DNA of 64,000 nucleotides from an uncultured Planctomycetota bacterium (GCA_963845755.1 CAWJTV010000025.1:32001-96000); one strand, 5' to 3'; numbered from the stretch's first letter, positions 1 to 11,926 are shown. A program made the numbers and translations. Notes: generated by a model from the sequence alone, not told the origin.

Positions 1-1033
1 TCCGGGAAGATCAGCGCCGCAAAGTCGTTCGTAACGAACGGCGACGGGTCCAGTCGTAAACCCTCGCACTTGAGGCGATGGACGTGGTCGAACAACGAGG
101 TATCGAGTTCATTGATGGGGCGGAGCGAATGCAGCAACGTCAGTTCGAAATCGGATTTCAGCGCTTCGATGTATTTCCACAGAGTCCGATGCACACTATG
201 GCCTCTGGCCCAGTATTCGCTGAAGACCGCAATCTTCCGCCGATTCGGTGTGTTCTGGATTGGCACCGGCATCCATTTCTGGATCGTCCAGTTGATCAAC
301 TCCTTGGCCCGTCGCTCTTCAGGAATGCCCAGGTAGGTGCAACCGAAGTAGAGTTCCTGCATATCCAGCGCAGGGACCATCCGGTGTTCCATCTGCGCAG
401 GAATCGCGAAAGATTACGGGTCACTTTTTCGTTGCAATTGCCGCTGCAGACGACCTTCCAGGTCTGATAAAGCCAAACGCTGGCAAGTTCGGGGCTCCCG
501 ACCAGCAGGTTGCCGAACTCGACAGGCGTCTCGTTACGGGCCGAGTACAACACCATCGTTTTGTAAACTTGCTGTTTCTGGCCGAACAACTGGCGAATCA
601 AAGGGTCTGTGGTGGTGCCCAGACAACCCGCCACGATATTGCCGATCATGACATTCTTGGCGAGAACTGGAATCGAAAGCGGCTCCAACACTTCAAAATC
701 GGGCTGAACGAAGACCGCAAGTGCCGTCGCAACCAGCCTGCCCAGTTGACTCTTTTCGGCGTCATCGAACATCGCGAGATTCAGAGACTCGATCGTCTGG
801 AGCAAATGCAGGAAAACGAGGTTGGCATTTTCCAGGTTACCCGCCGCATAAGCCATCAAGAGATTCCGGAGAATGGACTCCACCTGGTTGGGGTCTGCGG
901 AAGCAGCGGAGCCTGGCTGCGGAAGTATGGGTGGCGGCGAGTCGACAGGTTTCGTTTCCCGGAGTTCGGTTTGCATTTGGGCTCCAGCGGCGGAAGCAAA
1001 GTTGCCGTCGGAAGGGTGGTCTTCGGGTGTCAT
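1..1033 (-). CDS. HMW1C/NGT-like cytoplasmic N-glycosyltransferase (GT41), runs off window, frameshift near 395
   Basis: ORF 296..1102 joined to a hand-translated frame from about 395 to 1: ..YKTMVLYSARNE..SPELASVW..MQELYFGCTYLG..RAKELIN..RKIAVFSEYWARGHSVHRT..AALIFP. This parallels remembered HMW1C/ApNGT motifs (SPELCASL, DVYMHCSY, HSIYRT). Confidence 0.7.
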
Positions 1034-1096
1034 CAAGATCGCCTTGACTTGAGGTAATGGCAACTTCGCGTCGGAGATCGGCCGGATTAGCCTCGA

Positions 1097-1217
1097 CGTC
1101 ACGCTCCTGAAGCAGCCGCAAAGCGTCGTCGATCACCTCGTCTTCCGAGGCGAATCCGCCTTCCTGGATGAAGCTCTGGATGATCTGCTCCCGGTCGCCT
1201 GATCAATGGATCATCAT
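1097..1217 (-). pseudogene. ParD-like ribbon-helix-helix antitoxin remnant
   Basis: MMIH*SGDREQIIQSFIQEGGFASEDEVIDDALRLLQERD resembles the ParD/CopG RHH pattern (G.Y.S.SEVIR.ALRLL.ER). In-frame TGA at codon 5, no toxin gene downstream. Confidence 0.55.
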
Positions 1218-1296
1218 AATACGTCTACCGGTTGCTTGTGAGCCTACCACGGTCGTAGCGATTTGTCGAGGTGGCCAGGTTGATGCCGGGACCGTG

Positions 1297-3037
1297 GGGT
1301 GGAAGACGCGGTTCGCGCGGCGTTCGATCCCTGGTAAGCTGTCAAGGTGAGTTTCCCAGATTGTCTATCACCCGAAGTCCAAGGAGGGATCTCCGATGCC
1401 TTTCCAGAAGTCACCATCGATGGATCGAGACGGCGTCGAGCGGCTCGCCGAAGGGTGGGGGAAAGTCGTGGCCCGGCGCAGTCCACGATGAGGTCGGGCC
1501 CGAGTTGGATCTCGACGCCGACGACATCGAGCAGATGGCCATCACCGCCGCCCGCGCCGTCGCTCGGGGCACCATCGCCGATCTGCTGGAGCGGAAGGCC
1601 GCGCTGCTGGGGCCCGAGCAACCCTGCCCGACGTGTCAGCGGCCTTGCGCCGTACAGCGCGAGCCGCGGGCCATCGACTTCTGGGGCGGCGCGGTCACCT
1701 ACGCCGAGCCCCAGTGCCACTGCCCGGCCTGCCGCCGGGATTTTTTTCCCTCAGCGCCGGCGCTACGGCTGACGTCCCATGACTACAGCCCCTCGGTAGT
1801 CCGCAAGATCGTCCGTTCCGCCACCCGCGAGCCCTCCTTCCGCGAGGCAGCCGAGGCCGTCGCCGAATTGGCCGAGGTGGACATCAGCGGCCGGCAACTC
1901 GACCGCATCGCCCGCGAACTCGGCGAGCAGTTGCGGTCCCAGCGGGATGAGCAGGTGGACCGCTTCCAGGCCGGCACGCTCGAGCCGCGCGTCGCGACAC
2001 GGCCAGCCCTGGCGGTCGTCGAGGTCGATGGCGGCCGGCTCCAGATCCGCGGCGCGGGCCAGGGGCCGGGAGCCCACCAGGCCGCCTGGCACGAGGACAA
2101 GATCGCGATCCTGGCGACGATGGCCCCTGTCGTCTCCGAGTGCGACCCCGAGCCGGAATTGCCCGCCTGTTTCCGCGATCGGGCCTACGTCGAGAAGGTC
2201 ATCGGGGCCATCGGCGGGACCGGACCGATGGGCCCGCCGGCCCCCGAGATCCAGGAGCCCGCCGTGCTGCCGATCCCGGCCGTCGCCGAGGCCGCCGAGC
2301 CGCGCGGTACGCCGGAGCTATCGGTGCGCACCTACGTGGCCACGACCGCCCCGGTCGATCGCTTCGGGCCGATGGTCGCCGCCGAGGCCCGACGGCGGAA
2401 CTTCGCCGCGGCCGCCGCCCGGGCGTTCTTGGGGGACGGCTCGGCCTGGATCTGGGGGCTGCACCGCCGCTCTTTCCCGACCTTCGTGGCGATCGTCAAC
2501 TTCCTCCACGCCCTGGCCCACCTCTTCACGGCGGCCCGGGTCATGGTCGCCGACACCGAGGGCCGCTGGGAGTCATTCCAGGCCTGGGCGGAGGCCTGCT
2601 GGAACGGGCGGGTCGATCGGGTGATCGCGGAGCTTCGCACCTGGTGTGATACCCAGATCGCCTTGTGCGGGTGCCCGCTGGAAAGGCTAGCCGACGACGA
2701 CCCCCGGAGGATCGTCGCGCGGGTGCTGGGCTACCTGGAAGACAACCGGGAGCGGATGGACTATCCGCGGCTATCGTCGCGAGGGCCTCCCGTGGACGAC
2801 CAGCCACGTGGAGTCAACGGTGAAGATATTCAACCGCCGGGTGAAGGGGTCGGAGAAGTTCTGGAGCGAGGCCGGTGCCGAAGCGATCCTCCAACTCCGT
2901 GCGGCCTTCCTTTCCGAAGATGGCCGCCTGGACCGCCACCTCAAGGAGCGGCCCAGCAGCCCGTTCCGCAGCTACAAAGCCAGGAAGACTGGGGAAGCCG
3001 CGTAACTCGTCAGAAAAACGAACCGCGTCTTCCACCC
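1297..3037 (+). mobile_element. ISKra4-family (Mutator-like) insertion sequence, 1741 bp
   Basis: Perfect 19-bp TIR GGGTGGAAGACGCGGTTCG (1297-1315, inverse at 3019-3037). 9-bp TSD GGGACCGTG (1288-1296 and 3038-3046). Confidence 0.88.
1420..3005 (+). CDS. ISKra4-family transposase (frameshifts near 1450 and 2770)
   Basis: CPTC..CPAC zinc finger followed by FFP; motifs EVDGG, GDGSAWIW, NFLHA, RMDYP and VESTVK. Ends in ORF 2808..3005. Confidence 0.8.
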
Positions 3038-3272
3038 GGGACCGTGGGGAACCTGTCTGGGCGGGGGCTGCACGGACAACAACCGGGACCATCCGCCACG
3101 CTACTTTGTGAACTCGCCCTTCTCGTGGCGAGCCCAGAACTCTGCCGCCGTCCGAACTTGGCCCCGGTCGATGCCGATGATTCTGAGACTCTTCCTGCCA
3201 TGCAAGATATCCAGGCCCTTCTTAGAGCGCTTCACGGTTGGGTTGCGCACACGCGAAGCCGGTTCCCAAAGA

Positions 3273-3366
3273 ACCCCCCGGAACCCCCTGTTCGCAAGGG
3301 GGGGACCATTGAAGAGGAGTGGACCATTTCCTGTCTCCCCCTTGCGAAGTGGGGGTTCCGGGGGGT
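3273..3366. repeat. REP-like inverted repeat (about 30-bp arms)
   Basis: ACCCCCCGGAACCCCCTGTTCGCAAGGGGG ... CCCCCTTGCGAAGTGGGGGTTCCGGGGGGT, 2 mismatches. Confidence 0.7.
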
Positions 3367-3471
3367 GGATTCGCATCGCTCTGGGCGTGCGCAACGCAAC
3401 TGATAAGTGCTCTAGTGATGTTCTTGGGGGTCAGGCGGATGAGGGGACCGATTGAACTTTTTTTCAGGAGA

Positions 3472-3498
3472 TGAGGGGTTTGCCTGGCAATCGTCGCA
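3472..3498 (+). promoter_or_regulatory. Candidate ECF promoter, copy 1 (TGAGGGGTT-N10-TCGTCGCA)
   Basis: Same two boxes and spacing as at 21535-21561 (+) and 27843-27869 (-). Lies upstream of the pentapeptide-repeat gene. Confidence 0.55.
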
Positions 3499-4007
3499 TT
3501 GTGGAAAGAGAGTTCACGCGGCGTCATCAGCAATCGGTGTCCGAAGGCTGGAGAAACGCCAGGCCGCAGTAGGCAAAGCCCGTTGATTCCGTACCGTACA
3601 GTCCCATGTCGCCCGGCGGAGTTCCGGCCGCGGCAGTGGTCGTCGTACGCGCCGCGGGACTCAAGTGCGATCGGTCCGTCGGTCCCGGAGTGGAGGCTGC
3701 CGCGTTCGACTCCCACGAAGGATCTCAGTCCAGGAGCAGTTCCATGCCGCTTCAGACGCCGATGTGGCCCCTCTGGGGTGCGGATCAACGACGACGAAAA
3801 GTGACTTGAGGACTCGTTGGTGGTGCCCGACGCGGTGCTGGACCTCCCCAACGGAGGGGGGCGGTCCGGGCCCGGTCCAGCCGATCAGGTCCTCGGGGTC
3901 GAAGGGGCGATCCACTCGACTCGACTCGCTCCGGCGCCGCGTTCGGCTTAACAAGCCGGATTCTCCCTTCTTGAGTTCTTCTCCATCTCAACTTTGTCGA
4001 GGGATCT

Positions 4008-7000
4008 ATGAACCTGAACCGACCATCGACCCCAGCGGAAAGAGCCACCGTCACGGCCTTCGATTCCAACCACCACCGACTGCGACGCCCGAAGTCCTTC
4101 GCTGAGACGCGGAGGTCCCGCGCCCTTCGGCCGCTGCTGGAGACATGCGAGACCCGCAGGCTCATGAGTGCCGGGGTCGCGGGGAGCGCAGGAACCAAAG
4201 CACAATCGATGCTCATGGCCGCGCCTGACTTGAGAAAAGGAGTCTCTCAACCTATCGCTCCGCTCGAGTTTTCGGGTGTGAGCCTGACCCCGGGCTGGTC
4301 GGACCGTCCCATTGTTCGGTACCTTGGACCTCACTTTCCCCCTGAGGAAGGCAAGCAAGTTTACTGGCACCCTGGTCCAGGCGCCGGGCAGCACCTCGTC
4401 CGTAGTCGGCAAGGGGCCACTGGTGGCGTCCGGCCACACCCTGGCCGTCAAGGGCAGCTTACATAACCAAATCATGAAACTGAACGTGCGCATCGCACCG
4501 AAACGGTGGGTGCAGTGGATCGGCCCGGTCGTGTCGGCGAGGCTGCCCGACGGCCAGATCACGTTGGACGGGGGCGGTGTGCTGGCCAGCGGCAATCAGA
4601 TCGCGGGCGATGCGATCCGGCGAGGAAAAGCAACAGTGCTGAATGCTCCTGCGTTGCAGCCTCACTTCCGCGTGCCGGCCAAGGGCACTCCGAGCACGGG
4701 CACCTTCACTCTGCATGGCCCCAGCGCCGTCCTGCCCGCGGACACACTGCAGAATCCCAGAGCCGTGAAGCGCATCATCCCGGCCGGGACCACGCTGGTA
4801 CCGACCGCCTTCCTTGGCCAGGTGACCCAGGGCCCGGACAAGGGGTTGGCCGTGCGCGGGGTGCTCTCGCTGGGCCAGGTGGGCAGCGACGGCTCGATCG
4901 CCGGCACCCTGGCCGACCCGATCAACGGCCCCGTACCGGTCACCGGCCGGGTGGTGGGGCAGCGGATCCAGCTCAACTTCAACCTCGGCTCCAAGGGTAC
5001 CGCCGGGGGTGTCGGGCCATTCATCGCGAAACGGGTCGGGCCGGGCCAGATGCAGTTGACCGCCTTCGGCTCGCTCCAGACCGGCAACCCGGCCGACTCC
5101 GGTGACTGGTCGTACATTAATAGCGTGCTCAACAATATGACTCTCAGCAATCTGACAGGTTACGTCCTGAACCAGGACGGCGTCTATCTGATCGGGACGA
5201 ACTTCACGGGGACAACCTTTTCGCAGGCCACTCTCACCGACTCGGAGGTCGATCCGACGGTCCAATTCCTGAACGCGGACTTCTCTGCCGTCCCAGGGGG
5301 AGCGAACCTCACTAACACCACGTTCCTCAGCGGCTCGAGCCTCGCCGGGACCAAACTGAGTGCGGCCAATCTCACCGGGGCCAATCTCACCGGGGTGAAT
5401 CTGACCGGGACCAATCTCACCTCGGCCAACCTCGCCAGTGCCAATTTCACCGGGCAATCCCTGGGGGGATACAATCTGACCGGGGACAATCTCACCATGG
5501 CGAATCTGACCGGGGACAATCTCAACGCGTCGATTCTGACTGGGACCAATCTCACCGGGGCCAACCTCACCAATGCCGCAGTCGGCGGGCCGATCGCCGG
5601 CACGGGGCAGAACTTGTCGGGATTCAATCTGACCGGGACAATCCTGACCGGGGCGACTCTGGCCAAGGCCAACCTGACCGGGGCGACTCTGACCGGGACC
5701 AATCTCACCGGGGCCACCCTCACCAATGCCACCCTCACCGGGGCCACTCTGTCGGGTATCCAACTTGATCGGAGCCAATCTGTTCGGAGCTGCCCTGAAT
5801 AATGCCAATCTGGCCAATATCACCCTGAACAACACGACCAACCTGGTCGTGACCAACCTGGCCAATGCCAATCTGACCAATGTCAACCTGTACTCTGTAC
5901 ATATGGGCGAAGCCAACCTGGCCGGGGCCATCCTGACTGGGACCAACCTGGTCGATGCAATCATGACCTACGACAACCTGGTCGGCCAGAACCTGTCGGG
6001 ATTCAATCTGACTGGGACGTATCTGGGCGGGACCAACCTCACCAACGTCAACCTCACCGGCCAAAACCTGTCTGGATACAATTTGAACGGGGGCGTCCTG
6101 ACCGGGGCCATCCTGACCAACACCAACCTGACCAAGGTCGGCTTCGTGAACTCCACCCTTATCGGGCAGAACCTGTCGGGATTCAATTTGACCGGGGACT
6201 ATTTGGAAGGGACCATCCTGACCAATGCCAACCTCACCGGGGCCAACCTCACCAATGCCGTCATGAACGGGACTAACCTGTCGGGATTCAACTTGACCGG
6301 AGCGACTCTGACCGGGGCGTTTCTGACGGGGGTCAATCTCACCTCGGCCAACCTCACCACCGCTACGCTCACGGGAGAGAACCTGTCGGGATTCAATTTA
6401 ATCGGGGCTAACTTGAACGGGGCTGTGCTGAACAATGCCAATCTGGCCAATGCCAACCTGAATAACACGACCAACCTGGTCGTGACTAACCTGGCCAATG
6501 CCAACCTGACCAATGTCAACCTGTACTCGGAATCTATGATCGAAGACAATCTGTCCGGGGCCATCCTGACCGGGACCAACCTGGTCGATGCAACCATGTA
6601 CTACGCCAACCTGGTCGGCCAGAACCTGTCGGGATTCAATCTGACCGGGACCGCTCTGACCAATGCCAATCTCGCCAACGTCAATCTCACCGGGCAAAAC
6701 CTGTCTGGATACAATTTGAACGAGGCCGTCCTGACCGGGGCCATCCTGACCAACACCAACCTGACCAATGTCAGCTTCGTGAACTCCACCCTCATCGGGC
6801 AGAACCTGTCGGGATTCAATCTGACCGCGACCCTCCTGGGCGGGGCCAACCTCACCAATGCCAACCTCAGTGGGGAGAACCTGTCGGGATTCAATTTGAC
6901 CGGGGCCAATCTCAGCGGGGCGACACTGACCGGGACCAATCTCACCTCGGCCAACCTCACCAATGCCAGCCTCACCGGGGAGAACCTGTCGGGATTCAAT

Positions 7001-8011
7001 CTGACCGCGACCCTCCTGGGCGGGGCCAACCTCACCAATGCCAACCTCAGCAGCCAGAACCTGTCGGGATTTAATCTGACCGGGGCCAATCTCAGCGGGG
7101 CGACACTGACCGGGACCAATCTCACCTCGGCCAACCTCACCAATGCCAGCCTCACTGGGGAGAACTTGTCGGGATTCAATCTGACCGGGACCCTGCTGGG
7201 CGGGGCCAACCTCACCAATGCCAACCTCAGCAAGCAGAACCTGTCGGGATTCAATCTGACCGGGGCCCTCCTGGGCGGAGCCAACCTCACCAATGCCAGC
7301 CTCAGCAAGCAGAACCTGTCGGGATTCAATTTGACCGGGGCCAATCTCAGCGGGGCGACACTGACCGGGACCAATCTCACCTCGGCCAACCTCACCAATG
7401 CCACTCTCACCGGGCAGAACCTGTCGGGATTCAATCTGACCGGGGCCCTCCTGGGCGGAGCCAACCTCACCAACGTCAAACTCACCGGACAGAACCTGTC
7501 GGGATTCAATTTGACCGGGGCCAATCTCAGCGGGGCGACACTGACCGGGACCAATCTCACCTCGGTCAACCTCACCAATGCCAACCTCACCGGGCAGAAC
7601 CTGTCGAACTTCAACATGACCGGGGCCAATCTCGTCGGAGCGACTCTGAGCGGTGCCATCCTGTCCTTAACCAATCTCACCTTCGCCAACCTCACCGGGG
7701 AGAACCTGTCATTAAGTAATGTTAATTTGACCGGGATCTACCTGATGAATTCCACCTGCACCAACGCCAACTTCTCCGGGCAGAACATGTCGGACTACTG
7801 GTTCAACGGGACCAACTTGGCCGGGGCCAACTTCACCAACGCCAACATCGTGGGGGCAAACCTCTTCCTCAACGTCCAATACGGCAACGTCACCTTGGAC
7901 AACCTCACCGGCGCCAACATGGACGGGGCCAATGCAAGTGGGATTCTGACCCTTTCGCAATGGTACTCCATCCCCAATCTCACTTGGAACTCGACGACAA
8001 ACTTTGGTTGA
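4008..8011 (+). CDS. Exported pentapeptide-repeat protein (about 1330 aa; frameshifts near 4300 and 5757)
   Basis: N-terminal planctomycete export motif (RRSRALRPLLETCETRRLMS), a beta-rich domain, then about 900 aa of ANLTG/QNLSG/FNLTG repeats across ORFs 4312..5802 and 5726..8011. Confidence 0.85.
6800..7620 (+). repeat. Near-perfect 180-bp (60 aa) tandem units inside the pentapeptide gene
   Basis: Sequence 6901-6960 is identical to 7081-7140. Similar periodicity continues to about 7600. Confidence 0.8.
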
Positions 8012-8233
8012 CTAGCATAGGAGACGGGACCGATCTGCAAATAAGGGTTCTCCCGCACTTTTGATGGTGACACTGACTGTGCCACTTGGAGGCCAAACGA
8101 CTGCGAATCCCGTCAAAATGGGGGGCTTCTGTGGGAGTTGGCCGTCGTGGATCATCAAAAAGTGAGGGAGAACCCCTCGGAAACCGTCGCTGACAGGCTT
8201 TGCCCACAAAGGTTTTATGGGCACTGACTTTAT

Positions 8234-9854
8234 GCAGTAGTTTCCCGGAAGAAGTGCACTCGATTACTGATCAGAAGTACCGTATTGAAAGCGGCGTCTC
8301 CTGGCCGGAACCTGCCGGGTGGTGACAAACCCATGGCCCCGACACAGGAGACGCACCATGACCGAAGCTACGCTCACCTGGTCCATCTGGCAAGCTCTGC
8401 TCGAGGCCTTCGCCTGCTCGTTCACCCGCCGCGGCTTCCGCCGCTTCGCCGAGTGGATCACCGCCATGGCGCTCAACGTCGAGGAGCACACCATCACCCA
8501 GTCGGTCCTGGCCCTGGAGCAGCCCGCCGCCTGGAAGGCCCTGGAGAACTTCGCCGAGTACGGCGGCTGGCACGAGGGCCGCGTCACCTACGACCTGACC
8601 CGCCTGGTCGCAGACCGCCCCGGGTCGGATCTGGCACGGCTATCACGTCTCGGCCGTCGACGACACCAAGGTCCATCGCGGCAGCCCGCACGTCTGGGGG
8701 ACCTGCACCTTCCACGAGTACACCGCCCGCTGCCCCAATCGGGCCTCCACCGTCCGCGCCCATAACTGGGTGGTCCTCGGCGCCGTGCTCCACGAGCCGA
8801 GGAAGCCCGGCTGGTTCCTGCCGATCACCGGCCGGCTCTACTTCCGCAAGTCGCAGTTGCCGGCCGGCCCGGCCGGCTCGTGGCGTTCCGGACCAAGTGC
8901 GAGTTGGCCGTGGAGTTGTTCCGCGAGCAGGCGCGGATCGCCCCCGGCCACAAGCACCTGGGCGTCGTCGACGGCGGCTTCGCGCTGCGGAGCGTGGTCC
9001 GACCGCTGGTCCTGCCCGAGGACGGCACGCCCCGGATCGACTTCCTGACCCGGCTGCGGCACGACGCCCGGCTCTTCGCCCTGCCCCCGCCGAGCGCCCC
9101 GCGGGGAGTCGGGGGCCCAAGCCCAAGTGGGGCCGGCGGCTGGAGCCGCCGTGCCGAGGCGGCCGGTGGAAGGTGGAGTGGCGAACCGGCAGCCGCCTTC
9201 GTCTACGGCCGCGAGCGGAAGGTCCGCTGGAAGGAGATCGTGTGCCTGTGGCGGGTGCTGGGATGGGAGGTGCCGGTCAAGGCGATCGTCGCCGAGGTCG
9301 AGGGGTACAAGAAGCGGTTCACCTTGGTGACCTCGGCGATGGAGCTGACCGGGCTGCAGATGGTGGAGTTGTTCGCGGCGCGGTTCCGGCAAGAGGACGG
9401 GTTCCGCGACCTGAAGCAGCGGCTGGGCTGGGAGGAGTGCCGGGCGTGGACGAGCCAACCCGATCGAGCGGACCAGCCAGGCGCAATGGGTGACGATGAG
9501 CCTGCTGCGGCTCCTCCAATTCCGGCTGGAGGCGGCCGGGGAGGAGGATTGGTGGTTCCGACCGCCGTGGAACAAGGACAAGGACCGTCCCAGCGTGCTG
9601 GACGCGGAGCGGCTGATGCGGCGGCATCGGGCGGAAATCCAGCGGCTTCTGTCGGAGTGGCTGGGAGATGAGGGAGAAACCGAGGAGGCCGTGGCATGAG
9701 CGAGGTGTAAGCGGGTCAACAGCGGGCATCGCGAGGTGCTCCCGCGGGCGGTGCAGCAGCGAGAAACGCTCGGTGGCGAGGTGGGGCCGCCGCGGCGACA
9801 GGCGGCGGTACGCATCAGGCCGCGATTGTGCATTTTTTCGCAGGAAACTACTGA
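8234..9854 (+). mobile_element. IS701-family insertion sequence nested in the left end of the larger transposon
   Basis: TIR core CAGTAGTTTCC (8235-8245, inverse 9843-9853). TTAT is duplicated at 8230-8233 and 9855-9858 if one mismatched terminal base is allowed. Confidence 0.75.
8358..9699 (+). CDS. IS701-like DDE transposase (several frameshifts)
   Basis: Motifs AVDDTK, AHNWVV, RLYFRK, FRTKCELA, VVDGGF, TRLRHDARL and FAARFRQEDGFRDLKQRLG across ORFs 8319..8765, 8770..9048, 8880..9671 and 9490..9699. Confidence 0.75.
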
Positions 9855-9933
9855 TTATCCGGCGCCAAAAGAGTCGGGCCAGCAGTTTGGCCGGCCCGCA
9901 CTGCGTGCGCCACTGAATATGCAAAAATGTTCA

Positions 9934-10489
9934 TTAGAACGTTGGCGAGCACTCAGATGACCGCTTCGTCGATGTCGTCGAAGCCGCGACCCTCTTTGGT
10001 CTTGGGAAGATCAGCGACTTTTGGCAAGAGACCGCGCTTCTCCTCAGTGCGGTGAGCTTCGTGACGAGCACATATGGCTCGATGTAGAGATCCGTTTCCT
10101 CGTGGAACTCCTTAGCGATGAGTTCCGAGATGTCCTCATCGTAGGAGAGGACATCGGAGCCGTTCTCCAGGACAGTTACGTTGTCGTAATAGATGCCGAC
10201 AAGCACCTCAGTCTGTTCGGCCGTAAGCTCGGGCAGAGGCGGCAAACTGCGGTGGTTGTCGCCGAGTTGCACCCAGCGTGCCGTCTTGCGTTGAACCCTC
10301 ATGTAGTGCACCAGATCCTGCGCGGTATCCGAGCAATTTGACAGAGTGCGCCACTCCTGGACGAATGCAGCTTTCTCCGCGGGGAATCCGTCGAACGAAT
10401 CGACGGGGATGCGATACTTCAGGTACAGCTCGACCAGAAGAGCGCAGTTCGTGCTCAAAGAGCCGGATTGACTTCCTCCGAGTCTTCAC
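9934..10489 (-). CDS. Hypothetical protein with two internal helical repeats (frameshifted at both ends)
   Basis: Starts MKTRRKSIRL. Unit 1 LLVELY..D..F..EW..LVHYMRVQRK and unit 2 VLVGIY..D..IAKEF..LVTKLTALR look related. Confidence 0.5.
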
Positions 10490-10598
10490 TACGATATCCC
10501 TCGTTCAGTGGAAGGGACGGCGGTCGAACTCACCATAAGAACGATCGCCGTCCCCGATACCTACTTCACCTCTTGACCGTCCTCTCCCGTCGCCCCAT

Positions 10599-11751
10599 TT
10601 AACTCAGGTCTAAATGCGATCTGAGAGTAGGATTTTCCATCAAATTGTTGTCGCCCTCGTTGGACGGCACTGTTTGGGCGGCTTCTTCGATTCGCTTTTG
10701 CAACTCATCGTGCCGGACGCCGGTGATTCGCTCCGCGTCAGCCCAACTGAGTTTCTTCGTGTGAATCCCGGATTCAAGCATCAATTCAAAATTGATTGCT
10801 CTGTCCCGCCACACATAACCGGGCTCCCTCTGCCGCCACCCGCGACGGATCATCTCGGACCATAGCCATCGCGATGTCGTGGTATTGATGATGCGTTCCT
10901 TCTCGGCCATGTGGACCATCGCGGCTAGTGAAACGCCGAACCTCTCCTTGTACTGGATCAAGTTGAGAAAGGATTTGCCTTGGAATGCGGCCCTTAGCTG
11001 CGAAGCCGGGATCAGCAGTGACGAGGCGAACGAATAAGCCCGCCGTTCGACATCAGAATCGGTCCAACCATGAAGTTGGCGGCATCCCTGATAGAGCGGT
11101 TGTCCCAATTCGTAAGCGGCATTCATCGCGGACCCGCTCGTTCGCAACGCCGGGATTGAGGACGACGACAAATTCATTCCCGTATTGCGCGAGCAGCTCC
11201 ATCGATACCGAAAGTGGTCTTAATCTCCAAAGCCCATGCCGAGAACGACTCCAGGACATTAACCATGTTCTGGATTGGCTGTTCGTCAGAGAGATTCAAG
11301 AATTTTGAACGAACCATGTTCGCCAGGTCGTCGGGCGAGTCCTCATGGATATTTAAGGACTTGGAATGATGTGACGGGTGGCCTTTGAGGAACCCATCTA
11401 GCTTCAGATAAGCTTCTACCCACTTGCCAGCTAGAGCCTCGAATTGCCGCTGATCGTTAAGCGGACGCGGGACCTCATGTTGCGATAGCGAAAGCAGTCG
11501 AGAGTCGTGCGGTTCTCCAGGAACCAATTCAAGGGCCTCCCATAGATGTCCGCCAGAGCCGCCAATACGTTTATGGGCGGCACGGTAACGCTCTTCTCGT
11601 AGCTGGCGATGGTCGTATGAGAGACAGTAAGTCTATGGGGAAGCTTTTCGGCCGTCGGCTCTCATCGATAAACCGGCTTCCCGCTAGCTTCTCGGAGACG
11701 TCGGGCTAAGTTGCGATCAAATAGAGTGACGATGGTTTTTTGCCACAGCAT
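10599..11751 (-). CDS. XRE-HTH + ImmA/IrrE-family metallopeptidase fusion (multiple frameshifts)
   Basis: RBS AGAGGAG then ATG at 11751. LARRLREA..HTTIASYEK..PPINVLAALAD (HTH), then IDG..VVVLNP..ERVR, AYELGQ at the HExxH position, ERRAYSFASSLLIP and KERFGVSLAAM. Confidence 0.7.
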
Positions 11752-11926
11752 TGCTCCTCTGTTCTACTAGCTTTACAAATCAGCATTTCGATCGCAAGGC
11801 CAATTCCGGAATTTTTGCGTCCGGAAGTGAGAGAGCCGAGAGACGGGCTACGACTCCAGTTCTGTGGTTCCTAAAACCTTATTGGACTGCAATTTATGTC
11901 AGCTTGATTGGGTTAGACCCAAGCTA

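Noticed and set aside
1737..1752. Programmed -1 frameshift at the T-run/C-run in the ISKra4 transposase
   Set aside because: The motif looks slippery, but this copy reads through in frame. With the indel noise it cannot be called.
1271..3403. 710-aa ORF as a single protein
   Set aside because: It crosses both IS boundaries; its N- and C-terminal parts are off-frame read-through.
4459..7695. Long antisense ORFs (RLAPV repeats), and similar shadow ORFs opposite the giant genes
   Set aside because: These are stop-free antisense or alternate frames of repetitive, high-GC coding sequence.
5200..7900. Periodic DNA repeats as a CRISPR array
   Set aside because: The 15-bp multiples encode pentapeptides; there are no unique spacers and no cas genes.
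8163..8191. Additional copies of the ECF-like motif (also near 33000-33025)
   Set aside because: Mismatched boxes and spacing off by 1-2 bp.
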